Below are positions 26,108 to 39,400 of a stretch of DNA of 64,000 bases, in pieces. Origin of the DNA: Mobula hypostoma (taxonomy: Eukaryota); assembly GCF_963921235.1 (NCBI RefSeq), contig NC_086097.1:196852001-196916000 (forward strand). Reading direction: 5' to 3'. The translations under genes were made by a program, and so were the position numbers. Numbering within the stretch: the stretch's first letter is position 1; the number at the start of each line of letters is the position of its first letter. The notes beneath the pieces are model-generated. The model was not told the DNA's origin, did not search any database, and saw only the letters and a program-made list of their open reading frames with translations.

Positions 26108-26318
26108 CAACACACATCAAAGTTGCTGGTGAACGCAGCAGGCCAGGCAGCATCTCTAGGAAGAGGTACTGTCGACGTTTCGGGCCGAGACCCTTCGTCA
26201 TGACGAAGGGTCTCATCAACTGTACCTCTTCCTAGAGATGCTGCCTGGCCTGCTGCATTCACCAGCAACTTTGCGTGTTGCTTGAATTTCCAGCATCTGC
26301 AGATTTCCTCGTGTTTGC
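26108..26318. mobile_element. Penelope pLTR-derived fold-back mini-element
   Basis: 13-bp TSD ggggttatttgtg (26095-107 / 26319-31); palindrome centre gagacccttcgtca|tgacgaagggtctc. Confidence 0.88.
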
Positions 26319-27073
26319 GGGGTTATTTGTGGTCCACTCTTAATTAGACCAGATCTGGTCTCCATATTAGAGAAAGATATAATGATACAGGATAATTATT
26401 GTGACAAACAATTTTGAAATAGTTTTCTGTAACATTCCCATGTTTTTCCTTATTAACATAGTATCTTCAGTTTGAGTGCTGAATATACCATTCATTTATT
26501 GATAAATCCTTATATCTTGAATGGAGAAATTAAGTAATTTTGATGTCAAGTTTTTGAAGTAATTTCAGATGATCAGTCCATATGGTTTGAAACTGGCAAG
26601 TCAAATAGGGGCCATGGTAGAGAAAAGGCAGTACTTGAATAAATCTGGCATTGCAAGTGGCTGTCATATTCTTGTGAATTACAGATGGACACCAAAATTG
26701 AATAAATTTTGAGAAGTATTATAAGAGTCTGATATTTGTGTCATCTGTCTAGTAACATTTGGCTTTGCAAATGTCAGTTCACTCTTTAAGAAGGTAGGGA
26801 GGCAAAAGACAGGAAATTATAGGCCTGTTAGCCTGACTTCAGTGGTTGGTAAGATGCTGGAGTTCGTTGTTAAAGATGAGGTTTTAAGGTATTTAAAAGC
26901 ACATGATAATACAGGCCAGGTGACTTCCGGTAGCGCTCATGGAGTGAAGTCGCGTTCTTGACTCGCTCCATTACCTCTGAGTTTTTTTTCTTCTGATCAG
27001 CTATATTTTAATTAACCATTAAGGCATCAACTTTTACAATACTTTGAATTAAATTGGGCTCTTCGATAACTGG

Positions 27074-27937
27074 ATGCGTTTAAGATCTGCTATGTCTAAG
27101 AATGGGAAAAACGAGAAGGATGGCAAACCTCCGGTTAAACCGAAAGGTACCGATTTCCCTCCGACTGAACCACCGGTGACTTTGAAAGCTATATCGGAGT
27201 TAATTCAAAGGGAAATTTCAACCTCTGTTACGGAGCTGATTCGTGCGGAAATTTCAATTCAGTTCCAGAAAATTGCCGATTCAATCGATAAGATACAAAC
27301 ATCTATTACAGAACATCAGTCGGCCATATCTGATCTTCAAAAATCCACACAACAAAGTGAGCTTAAGATGGGGAAAATCGAAGAAACAATTAATGTAATG
27401 AAGAAGAAACTTGATTTTCTGACCTTTAAAAACTCAGACTTAGAATCTAGAATGCGACGGCAGAATCTACGAATGATCGGGGTGCGTGAAGCTGTTGAAT
27501 CTGATAACCCTATGAAGTATTTTTCTCAACTTTTAAAAGATGCATTTCCTACTGTATTTCCTGACCAACCACCGTTATTGGATCGTGTTCACAGAGTTCC
27601 ATCATACTCGCTTAGGTCAGATAGACCTCGACATGTTATTTTACGGTTTCATTACTTTCAAGACAAGGAGAAACTGTTTCGATTCGTTCGATCTAAGGGT
27701 TTCATTGATTTTCTGGATCTTAAATTCCGATTCGTGGAAGATTTCAGTAAACCAATCCGGGATCAACGGGTTCGTTACAGATCTGTGATGTCGGAACTCT
27801 ACAAGATGGATTTAAGACCAGCGCTGCTTTACCCTGCACGTCTAAGGATTCGTACGTTGGATGGAGCCCTCCGTTTTTTTGACTCTCCATCGGATGCCCA
27901 GAGTTATTTGGATCAATTTTCACCTTCAACATCTTAA
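27074..27937 (+). CDS. L1 ORF1p (coiled coil, RRM, CTD), intact
   Basis: Motifs DLESRMRRQNLRMIGVRE, LDRVHRV, PRHVILRF, EDFS, LLYPARLRI. Confidence 0.9.
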   Translation: MRLRSAMSKNGKNEKDGKPPVKPKGTDFPPTEPPVTLKAISELIQREISTSVTELIRAEISIQFQKIADSIDKIQTSITEHQSAISDLQKSTQQSELKMGKIEETINVMKKKLDFLTFKNSDLESRMRRQNLRMIGVREAVESDNPMKYFSQLLKDAFPTVFPDQPPLLDRVHRVPSYSLRSDRPRHVILRFHYFQDKEKLFRFVRSKGFIDFLDLKFRFVEDFSKPIRDQRVRYRSVMSELYKMDLRPALLYPARLRIRTLDGALRFFDSPSDAQSYLDQFSPSTS

Positions 27938-28650
27938 TTGTAATTTTTTAACTATCTCCGCTGATCGGAGGCTGTGAATTTGTCGGTCTTAATTTTTTTT
28001 TGCCTTATATGGGCAGAAAAGTTTATTTTTGATTACTTAATATGGTTGCTAAACTTTCTTTTTAACTGTGTCATTTCTTCTTTTTCCCAGGGGATTCTGG
28101 GTGATTACTTCCTTATTGTCATTTTACGTATTTCCTTTGTGGCCTTAAATTTTGTAGTTTTTTTAAAATCTATTTTGTTTTGTAGGTTTTTATAACTAGT
28201 TTATGTTAATAATCATTTCTTTTTTGTTGTTCTGTTTATTCATGGGTCTGGGGTTTATTGCGGTTTTTTTTTCATATATTTTCTGGTTTTTATTCTGTTA
28301 TGTGTTTATTTTAATTGAGTTATCTTTTTTTATTCTTTTACTGTTTTATAATCAGCTGATCTTTTTTATATTTACACTTTTTTTTAGGGAGCGTATACCG
28401 GAAGTCATGGGGGTAGTTTTAGTGCTTGCTTCTTTCGGGCTGGTCTGCGTTAGACTTAGCTTTCGGGACATGGGGTGGGGGTGGTGGGAGGGGCTTCACT
28501 TTTTAGTTTCTTTCTTCTTGGGCTATATACATTATTGAAGTATGGGTTGCGTTCTACTTCCCGGTATCTCTTGTATCTTCTGTTCCCTCTCCGGGTTCGT
28601 GGGTCGAGCCTATCGTCAATCCTCCTTGTTGTGGGTTGACTTTAGGGTTT

Positions 28651-31600
28651 ATGGAGTCTATTATTAATTTTGTCTCCTGGAATACTAATGGTCTTAATCA
28701 TCCTATTAAAAGGAAAAAAGTTTTTAAAGTGTTCCGGAGACTTGAAGCACAAATTTTATTCTTACAAGAGACCCATGTGCGGAGGGGGGACAGACTACGT
28801 TTTTTTAAATTCTGGAAGGGACAACAGTTTCATTCGAACTCCAGTGCTAAGATTCGAGGCGTCTCTATTTTTATAGACTCCTCGGTTACTTTTATACAGC
28901 ATGATATTATTTCTGATCCGAATGGTAGATTTCTATTGGTTAGTGGTTTACTATTTAATAAAAAAGTAGTTTTGGTTAATGTTTATGCTCCTAATATGGA
29001 TTGTCCGGAATTTTATAAATCATTATTTAATCAGTTTCCGAATTTGAATGAGTTTTCATTGATCTGGGGCGGAGATCTTAATACCTGTTTGTCTCCAGCT
29101 TTGGACCGTTCGGCTCCTTTACGGACCTTACCTAATAAATCTGCAACTTTGATTAATTCATTTCTTTCTGATTCTGGGTCGACGGACATTTGGTGCTTTT
29201 TGCATCCTCAGGAAAAAGATTTTTCTTTTTTTTCACATGTTCATCATTCCTATTCAAGAATTGATTATTTCTTTATTGATTCTTGTCTTATTCCCTCAGT
29301 GATTAAATGTGATTATGATTCTATAACCATTTCGGATCATGCTCCACTTAAGCTTTCTATTAAAATTCTGGCCAATATACAAAATAATAGACAATGGCGT
29401 TTTAATTCGCTGTTGCTTCAGGACTCGGACTTTGTTAACTTTATGAATGAACAGGTTGATCTTTTTTTTACAATTAACCATACAGAGGATTTTTCTGTTA
29501 ACACTCTTTGGGATACTTTTAAAGCTTATATTCGTGGTCAGATTATCTCGTATTCTGCTGCTTTGAGGAAGAAGCAGAAGCAGGAGGAGTTGGTAATTGT
29601 GGACAAGATTAAGGAAATTGATAAGAAATATGTTATAGCTCCTTCTGAGGAGTTATATAAACAAAGAACTGAACTTCAAATGGAACACAGTTTATTACTC
29701 TCGTCCTCGATTGTAAACCAATTAAAGAAAACAAGAAGTGAATTTTATGTACACAGTGACAAAATTGGTAAACTGTTGGCTAATCAATTGAAGTCTAATT
29801 ATGCTAAATCTCAAATTAATCAGATTTATAACCAAAATGATCGACTAATACTTGATCATGTGGGGATTAATCAAACCTTCTGTGATTTTTACTCTTCCTT
29901 ATATCAATCAGAGTCTCCTCGAGATTCTAAATATATGAATGATTTTTTAGATAATTTAGACTTCCCTGAGATTTCACAGGATATGGCTTCTATGTTAGAT
30001 ACTCCTATTACCATGGATGAGATTAAGAATGTTATTTTCTCTATGAATTTGGGGAAAGCTCCTGGCCCTGATGGGTTTACCGTAGAATTTTATAAATGTT
30101 TTGCTCCTTCATTAATCCCTTGGCTCTGTAGGGTTTTTGAGGCTTCATCGAAACTTGGTAAACTTCCTGAATCTTTTAATAGAGCGTCAATCTCTTTAAT
30201 ATTAAAGAAGGATAAAGATCCTGCTCAATGTGCATCTTATAGACCAATATCTTTATTAAATGTTGATTCTAAAGTTTTTTCTAAGTTATTAGCAAATAGA
30301 TTAGAAAAAGTACTTCCCTCTATTATTTCGGAAGACCAAACGGGTTTTATTAAAGGTCGTTACTCTTTTTATAATATTCGTACACTGTTAAATATCGTTT
30401 ATACTCCCTCACAAAATGTTCCTGAGTGTGTTATCTCTTTAGATGCCGAGAAAGCTTTTGATAGAGTAGAATGGCCTTATTTATTTAAGGTGCTTGAAAG
30501 GTTTAATTTCAACTTGAAATTTATATCCTAGATTAAACTCTTATATTATTCTCCTGTGGCCTCGGTCCGTACTAACTCTTTAAGTTCACCTTTTTTCCCT
30601 CTTTTTTGAGGTACTCGACAAGGCTGTCCTCTTAGTCCCTTATTATTTGATATTGCATTAGAACCTCTTGCAATTGCCATTCGAGAATCTCCAAATATTA
30701 CTGGGATAACTTGGGGCTTAAAGTCCCATAAATTATCACTCTATGCTGATGATTTACTTTTATATATTTCTAATCCTCAAAAATCCATCCCGGCTGTTTT
30801 AGAGTTATTAGCACAATTTGGTCTTTTTTCAGGTTATAAATTAAATCTTAGTAAGAGTGAACTCTTTCCGATTAATAAACAACTTCCCTTATATTATAAA
30901 TTTCCATTTAAATTGATTAATAATTATTTTTCATATCTTGGGATTAAAATTACTTGTAAATACAAAGATTTATTTAAGACTAACTTTTTACCATTAATAG
31001 ACCATATTACTCAACTTTCATCTAAATGGCTTCCTTTATATTTAACTTTGATTGGTCATATTAACGCAGTTAAGATGTTTTTTTTGCCAAAATTTTTATA
31101 TATATTTCAGGCGTTACCAATCTTTGTTCCAAAATCTTTTTTTGACAAAGTTGACTCTAAAATTTCTTCATTTATTTGGCAGAATAAAAACCCGAGACTG
31201 GGTAAAATACATTTACAGAAAGCTAAGAGAGATGGAGACTTAGCATTACCTAACTTTAGATTTTATTATTGGGCAATTAATATTCGACATATGAAATTCT
31301 GGTTACTGGACCAGGATATACTATCCATTCCTAAATGGGTAGTATTGGAATTACAATCTGTTCAGGGTTTTACACTTGGCTCTATTTTAGGTTCCTCTCT
31401 TCCTTTTGATTGGAAACACCTTAAACAGGTGTCTAACCCGATAGTTAAATATACCTTGCGTATTTGGTTTCAATTCAGAAAATTTTTTGATCTTAATCAA
31501 TTTGGGTTAGCGATTCCTATTTTAGGTAATATATTTTTTCCTCCCTCTTTTACGGATCGTGCTTTTCAAATTTGGAAGACTAAGGGTATTTCACGGTTTT

Positions 31601-32426
31601 TGGATTTATTTTTAGATGGTTCCCTTATGTCTTTTGAACAATTATCTAATAAATATAACTTATCAAGAATACATTTTTTTAGATTTTACAAGTTAGAAAT
31701 TTTCTAAGTACTATACTTTCTTCCTTTCCAATGCTCCCTCCTACATACATTTTAGATACTATAATCAACCTTAATCCATGTCAGAAAGGTGCATCGGCTA
31801 TGATTTATAATATTATTATGAAACTTAGGAAAGCTCCATTTGATAAGATTAGGGTAGATTGGGAACAGGAATTGGGGTTTACCATTTCTGTGGATGACTG
31901 GGGGCAGATTTTATAATTAGTCAATATTTCCTCTATCTGTGCTAAACATTCCCTAATTCAATTTAAAGTTGTTCATAGAGCACATATGTCCAAAGATAAG
32001 TTAGCGCGCTTTTATTCTCATATTAATCCTTTTTGTGATAGATGTCCGGGGCAGATAGCCTCTTTAACTCATATGTTTTGGTCTTGCCCTACTTTGGAAA
32101 CTTTTTGGAGAGACATTTTTAATATTATCTCCAAGGTATTGAATATAGATATCTCTCCTTACCCTATTACTGCTATCTTTGGACTACCTAAAATTTCCAG
32201 TAATCTCTCCCCTTCAGCCCGTAGAATGATTGCATTTCTTACTTTAATGATGAAAAGATGTATCTTACAACATTGGAAAGAGCTTAATGCTCCAACTACC
32301 TTTTTTTGGTTTTCTCAGACGATATTATGTTTGAATTTGGAGAAAATTAGAAGCAATCTTTATGACTCCTCATTTAAATTTGAACAGACTTGGAGATCTT
32401 TTATTCAATATTTTCATTTAATGTAA
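28651..32426 (+). pseudogene. L1 ORF2p (APE endonuclease, RT, CCHC), disabled
   Basis: SWNTNGL, LQETH, GGDLN, SRIDY, SDH, KAPGPDG, LDAEKAFD, QGCPLSP, YADD (30742), CDRC..HMFWSC. Stops at 30529, 30607 and ~31914; frameshift near 31685. Confidence 0.92.
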
Positions 32427-34707
32427 TATATACCCTTGTTTTTTTTCACTGTTTTTAATGGAGGTCGGGATTGAGGACGTGATTTTAAGTTTAACTTTGT
32501 TTGGTTTCAAGTTAGCCCATTGCTTTGCGTTGCTTTTAGTTAGTTGCACGGTGGGTTTTTTTTTGGGGGTTTTTTTTCTTTTTCTCCATTGATATATATA
32601 TAAAATTAGTATACTATTATGTTACCTTGGTATGTTATGTTTAAATTACATTGTTTGTATTATTTTTTTTGTATTAATATCTTCTGTAATTTTATTATAT
32701 TCTAACAATGTATTAGTGTCTATATGGCTTACCTTTTTGTATACTTATTTAATAAAAAGATTTAAAAAGAAAGATAATACAGGCCAAAGTCAGCATGGTT
32801 TCCTTAAGAGGAAATCTTGCCTGACGAATCATTTGGAATTCCTTGAGAAAATGACAAGCAGGATAGACAAACAAGAGTAAGTGAATGTTGCTTGAATTTC
32901 CAGAAGGCTTTTGACAAGTTGCTGCACTTCAGGCTGATTAACAAGATAAGAGCCCATGGTATTACATGATTGGCTGACTGGCAGAAGGCAAAGAGTGGGA
33001 ATAAAGGGAACCTTTTCTGGTTGGCTCTGGTGTCTAGCGCTATTTCGTGGGGACAGTGTTGGGGGTTCTTTTCACGTTACATGTCAATAATTTGGATGGT
33101 AGAATTGATGACTTTGTGGCTAAGTTTGCAACAATAAGAAGATAGGTGGAGGGGCAGGTAGTGTTGAGGAAACGGAAGTCTGCAGATCAATTTAAACAGA
33201 TTAGGAGAATAGGCAAAGAAATGGCAGATGGAATATAATATAGGGTAGTGAATCGTAATGTACTTTGTTCGAAGAGATTGTGTTTCTGGTTACTACTTTT
33301 ATTGCTATTTTGCATGATTTTGATCAGAGTGGGCTGGCTCTGCAGCCTGTAGTCAACGAACCACACAGTGCTAAATTGAACAAAATGTACATTCCTAGAC
33401 TGGTTCTTGTCCTCTGCAGTTTGATGTTTAATATTCTGTGTTACTCACTCATTTTTTTTTGCTGTTTGCATGATTTGTTTTTTTTTTGCACATTAGGTTT
33501 TGGTTCTTTGTTTTGTGTCTATCTGTGGGAAGACAAATCTTGGTTGTATACTGCATACATACTTTGATAAATGTACTTTGACTTTGAATCTTTGAATAGA
33601 GGTGTAGACTTTTTTCTGAGCAGGGAGCAAATTCAGAAATCAGAGTGGCAAATGGATTTGGGAGCTCTTATGCAGGATTCCCTCCTAAAGATTAACTTGC
33701 AGGTGGTAAGGAAGGCAAATGCAGTTTTGGCAATCATTGCAAGAGGACTAGAATATAAAAACAAGGATGCAATGCTGAGGCTTTATAAGGCATTGGTCAG
33801 ACCACACTTGGAGTATTATGATCAGTTTTGGTCCCCATTTGTTTCCTATAGCAGAGGAGTCGAGGGCCAGAGGGAATAGCCTCAGAATAGAGGAACATCC
33901 ATTTGGAACAGAGTTCTGGAGGGATTTCTTTGGCAGAGGATGGTGAATCTGTGGAATTCATTGCCACAGGAGGCAATGTTGGCCTGGTCATTGGGTATAC
34001 TTAAAGTAGAGGTTGATAGGTTCTTAATTAGTAAGGGTGTCAAAGGTTACGGGGAGAAGGTGGGAGAATGGGAATGAGAGGGATAGTAAATCAGCTACAA
34101 TGGAAGGGCGGGGCAGACTTGATGTTGGAGAAGACTCGATGGGCTGAGTGGCCTAATTCTGCTCCCTTGACTTGTAACAAATATAGAAAGGCTGAATCAG
34201 ACCAGATTATTTTTTAAAATGAGCACTGGTTATTAATGTTGTTAATGCACTCTGTCCACTGCCCTGTGCAACCAATTGGAAAATTTTAATTATATTCAAA
34301 ACCTTGCAGTCTTTCTCTACCCTATCTCTGTAATCTCCTTCAGCTTTAGCCTCATCAGTGCCCTGTGTTCTTGAATTCCCTCAGCTTCTCTGTCTCTTCT
34401 GTTTCATCCTTTTAAAAGCATACTGAAGCTTTTTCACCTGTTCTGATATATTGCATTGTATCGTCCTGTGCTAATTTGTGCTTAATGTACTTTTCTTATC
34501 GCATTGTCTCAATACCTGAATTGCACACTGATAAGAATAACCACAGGACACCGATTTTTGCTTTTTTTAAATGCATGCTGATTAAAATGTAACGTGTTAC
34601 ATACTTTTGCCAATGTACTTATTAAAAAAATTTACAAGCAGTCTCCCTTGCTTCATGAATTTATTTGATAAGCGGTGGTAACTTACACATTGTTATTGTT
34701 TATTAAG

Positions 34708-34799
34708 GTTCTCTGTTAAAGGAGCAACTTGAAGATTTGAAGAAAGTGACTCAGAGCTCCCAGATATCAAATGAGAAAATTGTGCAATTACAAAGACAA
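34708..34799 (+). CDS. ROCK1: ROCK1 coding exon (SLLKEQLEDLKKVTQSSQISNEKIVQLQRQ)
   Basis: ttaag|GT acceptor, CAA|gtaagt donor, 92 nt. Confidence 0.94.
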
Positions 34800-34884
34800 G
34801 TAAGTTCTAAACTAGTAAACTCAAATTTTTCCCAAGATCAGTGAGCTGAAATATGACAAATTATTGTTTGCTGTTTGTTAACAG

Positions 34885-35131
34885 TTAGAAGAAGCCAATG
34901 TTTTGTTACGAACTGAATCAGACACCGTAGCAAGGTTACGGAGAAATCAAACTGAACTAACAAAGAACATGAGCCATTTGGAGACTGTAAACAGTGAACT
35001 GCAGGAGCGAAACCGACTTTTGGAGAATACAAAGCTACAACTGGAGAAAGATATTATCCAGCATCAATCTGCTTTGGACACTGAACGAAGAGATCGCAGT
35101 CATGGTTCAGAAGTGATCAGTGATCTGCAGG
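34885..35131 (+). CDS. ROCK1: ROCK1 coding exon (LEEANVLLRTESDTVARLRR...HGSEVISDLQ)
   Basis: aacag|TTA acceptor after an 85-nt intron, G|gtaata donor, 247 nt. Confidence 0.96.
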
Positions 35132-36002
35132 GTAATAGACATCTTAAAATTAATACTTGTTAATAACATGTTAAAATATTACTTTCTTTGGTTCATTTGT
35201 TTCCCTCGGGCAAATAGGAAAATATATTTGACTTCCACTTGAATTCTTGCACTGAGACATACACAAGCAGTGAGATAATCACTCTCCCTTTCTGAGGTAA
35301 TTATTTTCTTTTTATCTCTCTGTGACAATGAGAAACCACCTGAATTTGGAGGGGTGGGGGGAGAGTTAAGTGGCGGATGTGCTCAGGGAGTGCGTCATCA
35401 ATCTGTGAAATCAGCCATTGGTCTTTTACCATATAATGCAATCCATAGAAGCCATTGGACCAATTTTGCTGAAAGCTAGGAAATTCTGCTTGAATTTCTT
35501 CTTGCTGGCTCATATGTTGACCATTTTTTGGCTTGGTTGTCGGTGAAGATTTTCCTTAATTTGTCTGTTGTCATGGGAAAACTTCAGTAGATCTGCATCA
35601 CCTTTGAAATAACATGACTGGATCTTCAACCAATCTGATCACAAAATGCAGAGGCCAAACCAGGTTGAATAAAGTAACAACTAACAAAGTAAAGGATCAG
35701 AACAATTAAGATTAAGCAAGTGAGGTAAAAGATAGTTGGAAATCTGAAAAAATATTTTTAAGTTTTGGTACCAATTAGGGAAAGAGACAAGAATAAATAT
35801 ATGATTTTTATCTGGATTAGAGAGATTGTTTGAGATTAAAATAGGGCATATCAGTACCAGTACATTTTGGCCCAACTAAGCAGCTGCCCTGATGAGTGAA
35901 GAGTTAAAAAGATATATAAAAAAAGATAAACTGTTGCTTAACCGAGTAAGCAATTGTGCATTTCAATGAAATACAGAACAAATTAGAACGCTACCAATAC
36001 TA

Positions 36003-36428
36003 TTGGTGGTTGCCCATCATATCTGACGATGCCTGGAAACCTGTGCTGGAGAGTTTTAAAATGCACTCGGGCAGTTCCACTCTTGACCTTGGAAGTCCGA
36101 GTCCAGTGGTTTGAGTAGATGTCACAACCTGGCTCTTCCCTGGTTGCAGTGGATGAGCATGAGTATTTTTATGCCTCGTCATGCCCTTCATTCTCCACAG
36201 AGTGTTGCAGCACTGCCTTCCTGACCATTGGATCTCACTGTAGATCTCATTCACCAGAACTGACTTTGCATGCTAGGACAGGCATGTCCCTTTCTCACTG
36301 TGGTATGCACTGGCTTTTCTCACCTAGTCTGGCTCACCTGTCAAAGCACTGTACCGGGATGTGGCCACTCTCACATACAAACAGCTACTTGGAGCCACAG
36401 GTGAGAGCTGGGTGTCCGGTGGGGACCA
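36003..36428 (-). mobile_element. Degenerate, 5'-truncated relative of the ribozyme-bearing element
   Basis: Reverse complement reads tggtccccaccggacacccagctctcacctgtggctccaagtagctgtttgtatgtgagagtggccacatcccgg, homologous to 4341-4415. Confidence 0.7.
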
Positions 36429-36497
36429 CAGTTAGTATTCAAGATGATTGTCAATATCTTCAAACTCTTTATGGTGCCTAATGTGATGAAGGAGTGA

Positions 36498-39400
36498 ACA
36501 TAGAAATCTACAGCACATTACAGGCCCTTCCACAATGTTGTGCAGACCACATAACCTACCTTAGAAACTGCCTAGAATTTCCCTACTGCATAACCCTTTA
36601 TTTTTCTAGGCTCTATGTATCAATTTAAGGGACTCTTACAAGACCCGATTGTATCTGCCTCTGCCACCTTCACTGGCAGTGCATTCCATGCACCCACCAC
36701 TCTCTGTGTGGAAAAACTTGCCTCTGATATTCCTCTTGTACTATTTGCAAGCACCTTAAAACTATGTCCCGTCATGTTAGCCATTTCAGCTCTGGGAAGA
36801 AGCTTCTGACTATCCACACGATCAATGCCTCTCATCATCTTACACACGTCTATCAGGTCACCGCTCATCCTCTATTGCTCCAAGGAGAAAAGGCAAAGTT
36901 TGCTCAACCTATTCTCGTAAGGCATACTCTCTAATCCAGGCAACATCCTTGTAAATCTCCTCTGCACTCTCTCTATAGTATCCACATCCTTCCTGTAGTG
37001 AGGTGACCAGAACTGGACACAGTACTCCCAAGTGGAATCTAACTAAAGTCTTGTACAGCTGTAACATTACATCATAGCTCTTGAACTCAATCCCACGGTT
37101 GATGAAGGCCAACAAACCACATGCCTTCTTAACAGCACTGTCAAGCTGTGCAGCAGCTTTGAGTGTCCTATAGACAGACTCCGAGATCTCTCTAATCCTT
37201 CACAGTGCCAAGAGTCTTACCATTAATACTATATTCTGTCTCCAAATTTGACCTAATGAAATGCACTACCTCACACTTATTTGGGTTGAACTGCATCTGC
37301 CACTTCTCAGCCCAGTTCTGTATCCTATCAATATCACGCCGTAACCGCTGTCAACCCTCCAGACTATCCACAACACCCACTACTTTTGTCATCAGTAAAC
37401 TTACTAACCTACCGTTCTACTTCCTCATGCAGGTCATTTATAAAAATCACAAAGATAGGTCCCAGAACAGATCCCTGCGGAACATCACTGGTCACTGACT
37501 TCTATGCAGAATACAAACTATATACAACCACCATTTGCCTTCTGTGAGCAAGCAGGGGGATGGGAACCAGTGCAAAGAGACAGAGGGGTGTAAAGTGAGG
37601 GTAGAAGCAAAAAGTACTAAGGAGAAGAGTAGAAGAGTGACAGGCCGACAAATCCAAGGCAAGCATTAAAAAGGGCCACTTTTCAACATAATTGTATAAG
37701 GGCTAAGAGAGTTGTAAAAGAGCGCCTGAAGGCTTTGTGTGTCAGTGCAAGGAGCATTCGTAATAAGGTGGATGAATTGAAAGTGCAGATTGTTATTAAT
37801 GATTATGATATAGTTGGGATCACAGAGACATGGCTCCAGGGTGACCAAGGATGGGAGCTCAACGTTCAGGGATATTCAATATTCAGGAGGGATAGACATG
37901 AAGAAAGGGGAGGTGGGGTGGCGTTGCTGGTTAAAGAAGAGATTAATGCAATAGAAAGGAAGGACATAAGCCGGGAAGATGTGGAATCGATATGGGTAGA
38001 GCTGCGTAACACTAAGGGGCAGAAGACGCTGGTGGGAGTTGTGTACAGGCCACCTAACAGTAGTAGTGAGGTCGGAGATGGTATTAAACAGGAAATTAGA
38101 AATGTGTGCAATAAAGGAACAGCAGTTATAATGGGTGACTTCAATCTACGTGTAGATTGGGTGAACCAAATTGGTAAAGGTGCTGAGGAAGAGGATTTCT
38201 TGGAAAGTATGCGGGATGGTTTTTTGAACCAACATATCGAGGAACCAACTGGAGAGCAGGCTATTCTGGACTGGGTTTTGAGCAATGAGGAAGGGTTAAT
38301 TAGCAATATTGTCGTGAGAGGCCCCTTGGGTAAGAGTGACCATAATATGGTGGAATTCTTCATTAAGATGGAGAGTGACATAGTTAATTCAGAAACAAAG
38401 GTTCTGAACTTAAAGAGGGGTAACTTTGAAGGTATGAGACGTGAATTAGCTAAGATAGACTGGCAAATGATACTTAAAGGATTGACGGTGGATATGCAAT
38501 GGCAAGCATTTAAAGGTTGCATGGATGAACTACAACAATTGTTCATCCCAGTTTGGCAAAAGAATAAATCAAGGAAGGTAGTGCACCCGTGGCTGACAAG
38601 AGAAATTAGGGATAGTATCAATTCCAAAGAAGAAGCATACAAATTAGCCAGAGAAAGTGGCTCACCTGAGGACTGGGAGAAATTCAAAGTTCAGCAGAGG
38701 AGGACAAAGGGCTTAATTAGGAAGGGGAAAAAAGATTATGAGAGAAAACTGGCAGGGAACATAAAAACTGACTGTAAAAGCTTTTATAGAAATGTAAAAA
38801 GGAAAAGACTGGTAAAGACAAATGTAGGTCCCCTACAGACAGAAACAGGTGAATTGATTATGGGGAGCAAGGACATGGCAGACCAATTGAATAATTACTT
38901 TGGTTCTGTCTTCACTAAGGAGGACATAAATAATCTTCCAGAAATAGTAGGGGACAGAGGGTCCAGTGAGATGGAGGAACTGAGCGAAATACTTGTTAGT
39001 AGGGAAGTGGTGTTAGGTAAATTGAAGGGATTGAAGGCAGATAAATCCCCAGGGCCAGATGGTCTGCATCCTAGAGTGCTTAAGGAAGTAGCCCAAGAAA
39101 TAGTGGATGCATTAGTGATAATTTTTCAAAACTCGTTAGATTCTGGACTAGTTCCTGAGGATTGGCTAATGTAACCCCACTTTTTAAAAAAGGAGGGAGA
39201 GAGAAACCGGGGAATTATAGACCGGTTAGCCTAACGTCGGTGGTGGGGAAACTGCTGGAGTCAGTTATCAAAGATGTGATAACAGCACATTTGGAAAGCG
39301 GTGAAATCATCGGACAAAGTCAGCATGGATTTGTGAAAGGAAAATCATGTCTGACGAATCTCATAGAATTTTTTGAGGATGTAACTAGTCGAGTGGATAG

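Larger units (their letters stand above)
26919..32772 (+). mobile_element. Full-length L1 (LINE-1 clade) retrotransposon, ~5.85 kb
   Basis: 14-bp TSD gataatacaggcca (26905-18 / 32773-86), 5' GGTGACTTCCGG, ORF1 and ORF2, AATAAA at 32751, A-rich tail. Confidence 0.95.
26740..34170 (+). mobile_element. CR1 RT region split by the full-length L1 and by a second insert (~33270-33592)
   Basis: ...YRPVSLTSVVGK...AHDNTGQ | L1 | DNTGQSQHGF...LVRPHLEY; the reading is continuous across the TSD. Confidence 0.85.

Noticed and set aside
27974..28538. Very hydrophobic 73- and 111-aa ORFs in the L1 spacer
   Set aside because: Product of extreme T-richness (Phe/Leu/Ile codons); no evidence of a real membrane protein.
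37866..38687. 273-aa minus-strand ORF
   Set aside because: Antisense shadow of the CR1 ORF2.
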